DNA of 62,752 bases, the filler included, from Basidiobolus ranarum (taxonomy: Eukaryota): the NCBI GenBank assembly GCA_040143965.1. It is 24 parts of 24 records of this genome, joined end to end, with 100 filler letters (N's around TTAATTAATTAA, not from the genome) between each part and the next. Parts side by side here need not be neighbours in the genome. Positions count along the whole stretch, not along the records: positions 1 to 2,529 come from JASJQH010003235.1; positions 2,630 to 5,157 come from JASJQH010003236.1; positions 5,258 to 7,784 come from JASJQH010003237.1; positions 7,885 to 10,411 come from JASJQH010003238.1; positions 10,512 to 13,037 come from JASJQH010003239.1; 19 more parts are not named here. One strand, 5' to 3'. The position numbers and the translations under genes were made by a program. The notes beneath the pieces are model-generated. The model was given only the letters and a program-made list of their open reading frames with translations, made no database searches and was not told the DNA's origin. Shown piece by piece: positions 1 to 11,119 of this stretch (position 1 is its first letter; each line of letters starts with the position of its first letter).

Positions 1-2150
1 CATAGCTTCCTTTGTTGTATGTGATGCTGCCATGTATTCTGCTTCAGTTATTGAAAGTGCTACAGTGGGTTGTTTCTTGCTATTCCAAGATATGGCTGCT
101 TCACTATAGAGTAAGATATATCCAGTGATAGATCTTATGTCCTCAATATCACATCCCCAATTGGCATCGCTGAACCCAATTAGATCCTTATTCTCATAAG
201 AATATATGTATCTTAATCTCAGATCAATTGTCCCCTTCAAATATCTGAAAATCTGCTTAACTGCGAAATAATGCTCAGATCCTGGGTTTTGCATGTGTTG
301 GCTAACTACTCCCACTGCAAAAAAGATATCTGGATGGGTTCCAGTCATAGCATAGATCAAACTACCTACCATAGACTGATAAGGGAACTCAGGGCTTTCA
401 AATGATATATTTTGAGCCATATTTGACCGATTTCTATCATTTTGGATGGCATTTTTGACTAATTTCACACATGGATCCCTGGGAGTTGCTACTGGCTTAC
501 AATTCTCCATCCTGTAACATCTGAGAATGTCTCAGATATATTTAGATTGATTCAGAGTGATAGATTTACTCAATATATCTGTATGGATCTGCAGACCTAA
601 AAAATACGTAAGTTCACCTAAATTGGTCATCTTGAATTGGACTGATAGATCTCTTTTGGTGTTCCTGAGAGCTTCATCATTATTGGTAGCTATAATCAGA
701 TCATCTACATATAAGGCAAGTATCACCTTACTGTCCTTATCTGTCTTAATATGCATCCTAAAATCTGCCATACTCTTTTGGAAATCAGGTGATTCCAAGT
801 ATGTATCTATTTTAGTGTACCAAGCCCTGGGCATTTTGCCCACAAAAACCTCCAAGTTTACTGATGGCAGGAGTGTCATAAAATACCTTTTCCACCTAAG
901 GATTTTATCTGCATTGGGCCACACAGATCTGAGGGTATCAGGCCCAATTTATGATCCATTTTGCTCATTCCAAAGCCCACAAATGGCTGTCTGCATTGCC
1001 TACCATATAGGCAACCTTCACATAGCTCCAGATTCAGTGGAATTACAAAATTTAGTCCCAAAACCATCTTGTTTTTGATTAAATTTCTCATGTTTTCAGC
1101 TGCTAGATGACCTAATCTCCTATGCCAGATTTTCCAGTCTATCTCTTCAGGTGTGGCAGTATTAACTTGTTTATATATTGGCCTAATATAATGAAGTTTA
1201 TACAAGTTATTTTGCTTAGCTCCAGAAGCTATGTAATTCCCTTTTTATCCCTGATTGTACCACCATTTTGATCAAAATTAAAGCTATATCTCTCAGATGT
1301 AGCTTTACTCACTGATAACAAATTTTTTGCTATCCCAGGCACATATAGCACATTTTTCATTGTCAAATACATGTCCACAGAGATGCCCCCAAGATTCACT
1401 TCAATTTCTCCCACTCCCAGAGCTTCTAGTGGCTGGTCATCTCCCATATAAACCTTCTTGATTATGTTGATTATGAGTGTCTTAAACCCATTTTGTTGAT
1501 TAATGAAATGTTGAGAAGCTCCAGAATGAATATACCAAAACTTACATTCTTGTTCAGAGGTCACTGATAGAGTGGAAATGAATAAAACTTCCTCTTTTGT
1601 TGAAACCTGATCTGCTTATTCCAACTTCTCATTTTTTTGTAATTTCTACATTTGCATTCTTTTAACTGGTTTGCTGGTGTGTTACAACCATACCATAAAC
1701 CTGGTTTCCTTCTTTTGTAACCCTTGTACTTGCCAAATCTACATTTTCCAGCTCCAAAAAGAGCCACTTCCTCAGATTCTTCTTCCAAATTCTTACTTCT
1801 GAGGTGTTGATCCATTAGGCTGGCCACCACTAACTCCAATGAAAACATATCAGATCTTGCTTCCAAAGCTGTGTTAAATACCATTCTTGTAGATCACTTA
1901 GAAGAGTTGTAATGACATCTTTATCCTTTGAAGTTGCACCAATATTTTCCAGTTGCTTTTCCAAAGATCTCACATTTGCACTATGAGTAACCATGCTGTC
2001 CAACTTTTCCATCTTTATATTGAAGAATTTTTGTCTGAGAAAGAGTCTATTAGCAAGACTCTTTGCTTCATAACACTCTTCCAATGTAGTCCAAGCTTGA
2101 TGGGATGCAAGAAATAAAGCATTTATACATTTTAGTGGCAATACAGTCAA
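1..2150 (-). mobile_element. Decayed Ty1/copia internal region (family A): gag, protease-like, pre-integrase, RT, RNase H; integrase core deleted
   Basis: Gag AKSLANRLFLRQKFF, WYIHSGASQH, WHRRLGH..CEGC, SDLCGPM, RT YVDDL; copia domain order; many stops and frameshifts. Confidence 0.93.
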
Positions 2151-2154
2151 CTAA

Positions 2155-2407
2155 TACTGGGGTTATGTTCAGAACATCTGTGGGAGTAAATTGAGCCATC
2201 TTTGGGGCAATTTGGATGAGTTTGGTATTCCTAATATGCAATTGCTAATTCTCACATTATTCACATATACATATATAATATATATTCCAATTTGAAGTTA
2301 AGTGATATTGGACTAAGTAATGTCAACTAACTTATATGAGATATATGAAATAGTCAAGTATATAAAGATAGAGATAACAAATAGGTAAAATACAATAAAC
2401 TGCAACA
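2155..2407 (-). repeat. Copia family A LTR, partial
   Basis: Matches the solo LTR at 48224-48601 and the LTR at 46034-46281; begins TGTTG on the minus strand at 2407. Confidence 0.8.
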
Positions 2408-2529
2408 AAAATTTATTGAAATCAAATCTAACTTGACAATTTTATGACTGTTAGTAAAGGGTCAACCCAAAATGGATTAAAATTGTGAGAGTTTTTCTAT
2501 GATAACAATCCTCAAATTTCCATCAGAGC
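2408..2529 (+). mobile_element. CMC element subterminal fragment (end A)
   Basis: Matches the subterminal sequence at 8690-8798 (aatctaacttgacaat...caatcctcaaatttc). Confidence 0.75.
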
Positions 2530-2629
2530 NNNNNNNNNNNNNNNNNNNNNNNNNNNNNNNNNNNNNNNNNNNNTTAATTAATTAANNNNNNNNNNNNNNN
2601 NNNNNNNNNNNNNNNNNNNNNNNNNNNNN
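2530..2629. other. Artificial contig spacer (first of 23)
   Basis: 44 N + TTAATTAATTAA (stops in all six frames) + 44 N. Other spacers start at 5158, 7785, 10412, 13038, 15663, 18287, 20911, 23534, 26155, 28775, 31394, 34011, 36627, 39242, 41857, 44472, 47086, 49700, 52313, 54925, 57536, 60145. Contig lengths never increase along the window. Confidence 0.98.
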
Positions 2630-3304
2630 CCAAATTTAAAGGCAAGCAAAAAGCCATGCAAACATCACAAAGCACCCTCACTAGTGTCACAATACCAGGA
2701 CTTATAAAAATAGCCAAAGTGCTTGAGGAGTATTTCAAGAGTATGAAGGGAGAGATACAGTTCAAATATGCCTAAAGTGGCTTTAGAAGAACATTCAACT
2801 TGACATTCAGTTTGGTGTTGATTGGGCAGATATCTGGGAAGAACTTAATATAGAGTGGCACAATATTGCAGGGAATCTGCCAGATAGCTGGAAGAATGTT
2901 AATTCAGCCACATTAATAAAATGGTGAGCTTTGAGGGAGATATTGATGCAAACTTGTGTTGGATATGAGCTAAACCAAGGGTGCAAAGTACTCTATAAAA
3001 TATTGAGGAGAATATATCAAAGAAACTAAGGATTTCACAGGTGACAAATTAGTGTTTAAGTAGTAAATATGTAAAATTTGAGTTACATTTTTTGCACATG
3101 GGTTGATCCATAGTTCTCTGAGATTGTGGCCAATCATGTGCATCTATTTTGTGAGATCTTGAAATTTCACTCCTGAAATTGAAAAAATTGAATAATAATA
3201 AATCTAACTTGATAGTTTTATGATGGTGATTAAATGGTCAATCCCAAATGGATTAAAATTGTGATGGTTTTCCTACAATTACAATCCTCAAATTTCTGTT
3301 AGAA
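2630..3304 (+). mobile_element. CMC element end A with decayed ORF2 C-terminus
   Basis: Homologous to 8100-8798; ends aatttctgttag. Confidence 0.8.
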
Positions 3305-3309
3305 GGAAG

Positions 3310-5157
3310 TGAATTGGTGAATTAGAGAAATTGGTGGTTCTCACTTGTTGATTAATTGAGTAGAAAGTTGACATTTGTAGTTTTGTTAAGATATAAACCA
3401 ACTAAGGTGTAGAATGTGTTATGCAAGCTCCCAGAAACATGTGTGCAAAGTGTGAGGCTCCTGGCATAAGTTTGAAAAATTTCTACATCTGAAAACTTTT
3501 AAGTTGGTAATAATATTCCAAGTAAATTCCAATTGTGAATAATGAAAAATATCTTAGTGAGTTATAAGATAACTAAGTACTAAGCTAAATGAGACTATAA
3601 AGGTGTTTAGGCAATGCTGATTTCAAGACTCTCTCTCAACTAAATAGTCATACAGACTGACCCTAATAAAGGTTCAAATTCTCAAATTTCTGTCTAGCTA
3701 ATGATTTATTCAATTCATCAGCAATCATGTCTTGTGTGAAACAACAAGTTAACTCAATAAACTTAACCTCTATAGTCTCTCTAATGAGGTGATGTCTAAT
3801 ATCTAAGTGTTTACTCCTATAATGAAACATGAGATTTTTAGCCAATTTGATACAACTCTGATTATTTTAAAATATTGTAGTTGGTGAATTTTGAGAATAA
3901 GTCTTATCTAACATGAAGCAGATACTTTGGTAAGTATTACTCTTTTTGATATTAAGTGTTTCTAACAAAGCATCCATCATGCTATTCCAATCTCATGAAG
4001 AAATGTTTTAAGTCATGGAGTGTTTTCTAGAGTCTGCAAGATTTTGTAAGGTTTTCTGGGTCCACAAATCCATCTAGCAGGCTCATATGGATAATCTCAG
4101 TAAACACATCATTTGAAAAAGCAGTTTCAACATTGGTTTGATGTATAATAAACCAACATTTTGCTGAAACTGCCAAAATCAATCAAATTAAATTTGATTT
4201 TTCTGCAGAAGCAAAAGTTCCTGTATAATCTATTCCTGGTGTTTTGGAATGGATTTGCTACCAGTCTAGCCCTGTACCGCTCCATTTTGCTATCAGAGTT
4301 GTATTTAACTTTAAATATCCATGGCAGCCAATTGATCACTATCACCAGGTAAGTTGGTTGAAGTCCAAGTTTGATTATCAGTCCAAGCCTGGTACCCATC
4401 AGCCATTGCGTATCTCCAAAATTTGGTGCAAGGGCCATTCAGGGCCACTTTTACAATCTGGGGTCCATGTATTTGAACTGTGCAGGCATGAGCCCAATCT
4501 TGGGACTCACTAATATATTAATCAGGGCTATTTCTGATCTGATTTGATCACCTGGTTAGGGGTAGAGGTACAACAACTTCTGGCATTGTATTGGGTGCTT
4601 CAGTAGACAGAATTGTGGCTGAAGAGTCCTCCCAAATGTCATTTTCTTCCTTCTTTGGGTTTGCCATAATTTGAACAATCAGATCAGGAGACAATTGAAT
4701 TTTGTCATTAGGTGAGCTCATTTTGGGTGAATATTTTTTATTTTTTTTGCACAAAACATTGCTGGACTTGATTAACTTTGAAACTTTGGTATTATCAAGT
4801 CTGCAGGCCTTAGTGTGAGTACAATACCCTGAATTATGCATTTCTTATATTTTGGGTCAAATTTAGACCAATTTTGGTTATAATTTTAACATAAACAATG
4901 CATCCTTAGATCCTCAAAAGTTTTATTTCAGGCTCAACTCCATGCCAAGCTTGATATTATGTAGAGTAAGACAAACTTCTAGTAAAACTCCTATTCTTGA
5001 GATATATAGCTATAACTATTGGGAAAATATGGGCTGTTTGGAGGAGCTTTAGAAAAGTGGAGTTGTGAATAGCTTTGTGAGATAATTGTTTATTGTCCAG
5101 AAATAAAGCATTTATACTTTTTGGTGGAAATATAGAAAACTAACACTGGGGTTGTGT
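3310..5157 (-). mobile_element. Copia mosaic: family B 3' LTR (about 3310-3628), PPT, RNase H and RT remnants, family A LTR fragment (about 5018-5157)
   Basis: RNase H RSKHLDIRHH..MIAD; RT WIFKVKYNSD..RYRARLVA; purine tract at 3629-3641; LTR matches 36310-36626. Confidence 0.85.
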
Positions 5158-5257
5158 NNNNNNNNNNNNNNNNNNNNNNNNNNNNNNNNNNNNNNNNNNN
5201 NTTAATTAATTAANNNNNNNNNNNNNNNNNNNNNNNNNNNNNNNNNNNNNNNNNNNN

Positions 5258-5740
5258 AAATTAGTGTGGCAGGATATTTAGGACTGTAACTATGATATCT
5301 TGATCAATAACAGGTACTCCAATGCATTCCTTTTCATCCACTAGAATAGTGCCTCTAGTAATTAGTCAATTAATCTCTTCTCCTGGGTTCATTTACAAGT
5401 TAAAGAATTGTTTTCTTAGAGACATCTTGTAGGCTGCAGAACTTGTTCGGTAGGTGTCTACCAAGGCTTTCCATACCTTCTGTGCAGCTTTAGCTCTTGA
5501 ACATTGAATTAGCAATTTGTCTTTATCAATAAGACAAATTATGTTAACAGAACTTTGTTCTTTTTTAACCTGGAGTAAAAATTTGGTTTCAGAGAGATTT
5601 ACATTGTTTCCTTCTCCTACACCAGTGTCCTAGAGTCCTTTTTCTTGCAGCAGCATTTTTGTTTTAATTTTAAATCATATTACTGCTGACTCTGACTGTG
5701 GATAATACTTTGCACTGTTATCACTGAAGGGTGTTTTCAT
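5258..5740 (-). mobile_element. Decayed copia gag fragment
   Basis: Minus-strand translation KIKTKMLLQEKGL..AKAAQKVWKALVDTY..SLRKQFFNL with stops. Confidence 0.7.
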
Positions 5741-6553
5741 AATTTAGAATTTGAATGTCCATTATATGCAAATCATATTGGAAGGCCCTTTTTGCAATTA
5801 TTAAAGTGGAAGAAATAAAGACAAAGGACCACTAAAAGCTATTCTTGTGTTTCCCCTGAATCAGAGAACTTCAGACTTTATATATATATCACAGGTAATA
5901 AATTGAGACATATACACTTAGTCATATGCTAGGAAATCACCATAGTGAATAAAAGAGATCAAAAACTCAGCTAATAGGCTACATCTTTAATGTTGATTAT
6001 TCTCAACTCTGATAAATCCACAGTTTCATCCACCCTAACATTCCATTACTGCACAACCATTTAGCTACTTTTGCAGAGAGCACTTTCTGATAGGGAGTGC
6101 TTTAACAGAGATACTGATTTCAGAGAAAGACCTAATGAGAGTTGTTGCTGTGCAGAAACTTAACTAGCTTGATATAAACCAAAGCAGTTGGCAGACTCTC
6201 AAATAGGTGAGAAGAAAGACCTTTCTGCTATTGAGCTGAATCTGGCTGATGCTTGACTAGCTATGGTATTCAATGTTGAGTTACTTTCAGGTCTTGGAGA
6301 CCTTGAAGAATATTTTCAAAACTGAAGGAGCAGCCAACCACATATATACAGCAAGGCAGCTGTAAAGCTAGCCTAAGAGGGCTGATTTTGATACATTAGC
6401 TGTGCAAATTAGTTAATACTGACATCAAACTAATGGTTGAAATGTTAAGTCACTTTTGAGATTAAAAATAGCACTGATACTTGGCAACCAGCTGAATCTG
6501 CTTCCAGTTCACTTAATATTGCAATTTTTGTCTAAAAGTCTGGAACCTAGAGT

Positions 6554-7156
6554 TTAGCTTACTTCATATTCAAAGTTTTCTTCTACTTGGATTGCTGGGG
6601 GTAGGTCAGTGGATTGGCCATATAAGGTGTTTCTTAGATGTGGCTCTAGGCAAGAAACATATATTACATTGGGTACTTTGAAGTGGTCTTGGAGTTCAAG
6701 CCAGAAGGCTTGTGAATTAACTTGCTGCATAATCTTAAAAGGCCATAGTCTTTCTTGATCAAGTTTATCACAAGTTCCAGTGGTCATGATACTTTCACAG
6801 ATTGACCATATATAATCTCTTGCCATCAGATCTGGGTTTAGCTTTCTTTTCTTATGCACAAAGTTCTTGTATGGAGATTGAGTCTGCTCCAATATGGATA
6901 CTAATTGTGAATGGATGTTCTTGACAAAAGTGGCCTGATCTGAGGCAGCAGGGCAAGATATATTAGATGGCAGGTGAATTGTGAAACAAGGATGGAATCC
7001 ATAATTTGTAGAAAAAGTAGTTTGTTTTGTTAAGGTAAAATAAGAGCTGTTATGAGCAAACTCAGCAAGAGGCAAGAGTTGTGTCCAATCAACTTGATTG
7101 TAGTTGATAGTCCATTGCAAATATTGTTCCAAAACTTGGTTGACTCTTTCTATTTA
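6554..7156 (-). mobile_element. Ty3/gypsy (Tf2-like/chromovirus) integrase C-terminal part
   Basis: ERVNQVLEQYL, DWTQLLPLAEFAHN, GPY/F-like LWPFKI, NVIYVSCLEP, chromodomain start EYEV. Confidence 0.9.
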
Positions 7157-7784
7157 CCCTAACAAAAATAAGATCAGTTTGATCCAGATTGGATCCAACC
7201 TCCAAAATTGCAAAATTGTCAAAGAGGCATCACAATATAGGTGGCTTACATTCAGCCAGGGATTTTGATGGTGTGATGGCAGTTTCTTGATGGTTTTTAA
7301 TGGTATTCAAACATGTTAAAATATTGATCCTCAAAATTTGGCATATGTTATGCAATATGTGGCAATTTTTGCAAAAATATAATTTTTGAATGGCAAATTA
7401 CTGGGTTTATTGCTGTAGTAATTTGAACTATTATGCATGCCTTTATCTAGATATTTTAGGCTTTGTATTTCAGCCATAATGAGAATCAAAGAATATAAGA
7501 ATCTCATTGTGTTTAGTCTCTACATGTGCTCATATATGCCCAATTAGACATCACTCAACAACATCAATATGCTTTACCAGAAAACTAACAATGGAAAAAT
7601 TGCTAAACATCCGAAATTTTGAATAGCACTGACACTTGGCAAATAGCTGACTATTGTTACCATTCACAATGAGAATAAGCTCTTGGATTTTGGCAAATTT
7701 ACATAAAGAATTCAGCCAAAACATCGCCAACTTGCAGTCAACAAATGTCCTGCCACCAGTAGATTTATCATTGCTGGAATAGAT
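7157..7784 (-). mobile_element. CMC element end B (TIR CCCTAACAAAAAT) inserted into gypsy integrase
   Basis: Same terminus at 24037, 26397 and 44916; flank homologous to the tnp2 3' region. Confidence 0.85.
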
Positions 7785-7998
7785 NNNNNNNNNNNNNNNN
7801 NNNNNNNNNNNNNNNNNNNNNNNNNNNNTTAATTAATTAANNNNNNNNNNNNNNNNNNNNNNNNNNNNNNNNNNNNNNNNNNNNGCATCTGAACACAAAG
7901 TCTAAGGCCAATCAGTTGCTTGTATAGCTGAAATGCCAAAGTACCATACATTGACAGACTAGGTTAAGGTTCCCTAGCAATATAGGCATAGCATAAAA

Positions 7999-8071
7999 GG
8001 ACTAGTAGCTCAGTGGTTAGAGCACCTTGATAGAGTGAAGGAGATCCCAGGTTCAATTCCTGGCTAGACCA
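7999..8071 (+). pseudogene. tRNA-like pseudogene, identity uncertain
   Basis: 73-nt cloverleaf: GGACTAG/CTAGACC acceptor (1 mismatch), GCTC/GAGC D-stem, CCAGG-TTCAATT-CCTGG T-arm; anticodon arm imperfect. Confidence 0.75.
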
Positions 8072-8099
8072 ATATTTCTCCCTAAATATTTTCAATATT

Positions 8100-9057
8100 C
8101 AAAGTGTTGAAATTAGCCCCAAAGTTAAAGGCAAGCATAAAGCCACACAAACACCACAAAGCACCCTCAGTAGTGTCATATTACAAGGACATAGGAAAAT
8201 AGTTAAAGTGCTTGAGGAGTATTTTCAAAAGTATGAAGGGAAAAATGCAGTGCCAGTATGCAAAAAGTGGCTTCAGAAGAAGAACATTCAACTTGACTTT
8301 CAGTCTGGTGTTGACAGTGTAGATATCTGGCAAGAACTTGATACAGAGTGGCACAATATTGCAGGATATCTGCCAGATAGCTGGAAGAATGTTGATTCAG
8401 CAACATTAATACATTGCAGGGCTTTGATGCAGATATTGATACAAACTTGTGTTGGATATGAGCTAAACCTTGGGTATGAAGAACTCTATAGAAATATTCA
8501 GGAGAATATATCAAAGAAGCTAGGAATTTCAAAGGTTACAAATTAGTGTTCAAGTGGTAAATGTGTAAAGTTTGAGTTAAATTTTTTGCACATATGTTGA
8601 TCCATAGTTCCCTGATATTGTAGCCAATCATGTGCCGCTGTTTTGCAAGATTTTGAAATATCACTCATAAGACTGAAAAAATTGATCAAATTCAAATCTA
8701 ACTTGACAATTTTATGATGGTAAGTAAACAGTCAATCCCAAATGGATGAAAATTGTGATGGTTTTCCTACAATAACAATCCTCAAATTTCTGTTAGGGAA
8801 TTAGCTTTTAAGTGGTAAATGTATAAAATTTGAGTTACTTTTTTTGGACATGTGTTGATTCATAGTTCTCTGAGATTGTAGCTAATTGTGTGCAACTATT
8901 TTGCAAAATCTTGAAATTTCACTGCTGAAACTGAAAAAATTGATTAAAATCAAATCTATCTTGACAATTTTATGACAGTAAGTAAATGGTCAATCCAAAA
9001 TGGATTAAAATTGTGATGGTTTTCCTACAATAACAATCCTAAAATTTCTGTTTAGGT
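8100..9057 (+). mobile_element. CMC element end A: ORF2 C-terminus (8208-8546), TIR ending 8798, and a second tandem copy of the terminal 260 bp
   Basis: ATTTCTGTTAGGG at 8786-8798 is the inverted repeat of end B; 8799-9057 repeats 8540-8798. Confidence 0.85.
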
Positions 9058-9059
9058 GG

Positions 9060-9963
9060 ATGTTGAAGCTTTCTGACAATTGGGGATAGTTCTCTTTCAC
9101 TTGCATATTGTTAATCTTGAATCCAGAATTCTTTGTTGGACAGTTTCTGGCTACATGTCCAGCAGTTCCACAATAGAGGCATAGATTCTCTTGTTGGTAT
9201 CAATGTTTCTCCTCAGGGCTAAGCCTTCTGAATCCATTTCCATCAGTTTGCACTGGGTCATCTGCTTGAGCTGTATTTTGTGTTTGATGGGAGGGAGATC
9301 TGAAAGTAGTTGAGGAAAGAGAGTAGACAGGAGCCATATTTCTTTGTTGTTGTCTTTCAAACAACTGTTTCTCACATCAAACTGCCTGATGGATAGCATC
9401 AGTCAAGGTCACCAAGTCAGCCATAGTGACTAAGAGATCCTTAATATTTTCCCAAAGTCCATATTGGAACTGGTTCACCAGGGCAGATTCTCCCAAATTG
9501 AGATCAAAGGCAAGAAGGCAGAACTATGCAGCATTGGTTGATGTGGGCTTTGACCCTTGTTTAAGTGCATGGAGCTTGGTAGCTGAAGTTCTTTACTTAT
9601 CTGAATTTGCAAATGTAGCTTCAAGTTCAGCAAGGAAGGCAAGGAAGTTTGAAAGAAGTGGAGATTGACTTTCCATCAAAGAGGCAAACCAAGATAGAGC
9701 TATTCCAGATAATAGTGTTCCCACTAGGCCTACTTTTGTTTGGACAGAGGGGTAATAATGGGCATGTAACTGGTATAGTTTTGGCAAGTGCTATTAAACT
9801 TATTTAGTAAGGAGATGTTGGGCTCAGGAGTTGGACTTGCAGGATAGTTGGGTGGAGCTGGATTCTGTACTTGAGCAAGAGAAGCACAAAGTTCTTGATT
9901 TTCTTGTGGAAGCTGAGCAAGGGCTTGCATGATATTTTCCATTGTGGGGGCTGGTGTAGACAT
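9060..9963 (-). mobile_element. Ty3/gypsy gag, decayed, with CCHC knuckle
   Basis: KVGLVGTLLSGIALSWF, FLAELEATF, LKQG, QFQYGL, MEMD, CLYCGTAGHVARNC. Confidence 0.88.
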
Positions 9964-10511
9964 AATATTTACTATGTTGGGAGGGGGAAGTTTTAAAACC
10001 ACAAGTTTCTCTAGCAATGATAATCACAATGCAATGTCCAACTTTCTGTTGAAGAAATGATTGGCATCTTGATAAAAGAATATGCTGGTATCAATATCCT
10101 TTGATCTTGATCAAGTACTAAAGCTTCTTTGCTCAAAATCAACTGTAAACTAAGCCAATGGTGTCTTGACCAGGATGCACTTAGAGCAATTATCCATAGG
10201 TATATGGTACGTTGTAGTGTGGAATGGGGGTGTGTTATCAATCTTTAAAATGAAAAGACTAATATTCCACTACAAATCTTCAGCTAAGCTGAATTTATAC
10301 TTACTGGAAGCTTAAAGATATCAATAGAAGATATACCCTTCACTGAAAGAAACTGTTAAAGACAACTTTAAAGTGTGCCTTTAGACTAAAGAGATGGAGG
10401 GATGGATGGGANNNNNNNNNNNNNNNNNNNNNNNNNNNNNNNNNNNNNNNNNNNNTTAATTAATTAANNNNNNNNNNNNNNNNNNNNNNNNNNNNNNNNN
10501 NNNNNNNNNNN

Positions 10512-11119
10512 TATTTTTTTAAACGCCGTTTAAGAAGTTCGTTTTCATTTTTCATCTCAAGCAAAGTGTCTAGCATAGAAGCTGCTTTGGACGAATATCG
10601 ACGTGCATTACAAAAGAAACAAGAAAGACTACCATCAACAAAATACGGTCGACATTGGACTTGTAGCACAATAAATCGGTCATCTTTCTTGCGAAAACGA
10701 TACAATAAAGAAAACGACTTTTTTGTAGCACCGAAACTCAAATCACGAATAAAAGAGTCGTTGTCATCCACATGAATAAAATCACACAAACTCCGGCCTG
10801 TTAATTCTGCAGGAGAGTATCCAGTCAACTCCTGACAAGATACAGAGCAATAAATGAATTTACCAGAATTTGCGATGACATAATATATGTCTGTCAATTC
10901 GCATATGATCTTCTGGGGCCAGTCTTTTCGTTTCGTAAATTCTGTAGGAATTACAGTTGTTTGAGTTGCCGGATCACCCTTCAAACTCCGTACTGAATCT
11001 GACGCTTTACCATTGGTGCTAAGCGAAACTGAGGCGTTCTTTGTCTCTCGGGGTTCTTTACTAGCGAGATTGAGGTCTACGTCTTGTGCGTGAATGGGAG
11101 AATTCGTGGATTTGCTCAT
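10512..11119 (-). CDS. wc-2: White collar-2-like PAS protein, 3' truncated before the expected GATA finger
   Basis: TEFTKRKDW, PAS LTGYSPAELTG..FIHVDD, YRFRKKD, LDTLLEMKNENELLKRR match the WC-2 PAS and coiled-coil region. Confidence 0.85.

Noticed and set aside
557..1078. 173-aa plus-strand ORF and similar shadow ORFs (9426, 35949, 44214, 46539, 53147)
   Set aside because: Antisense to recognisable TE or host coding sequence
2574..2585. TTAATTAATTAA recurring every 2.6 kb as a CRISPR-like or regulatory array
   Set aside because: Always centred in 88 N; a synthetic six-frame stop linker
7157..7163. CCCTAA/TTAGGG as telomeric repeat
   Set aside because: Single units only, explained as transposon TIR ends
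8030..8036. AGA anticodon on a short-arm tRNA as codon reassignment
   Set aside because: Mismatched acceptor and anticodon stems and a decayed repeat context point to a pseudogene; conserved genes here translate normally
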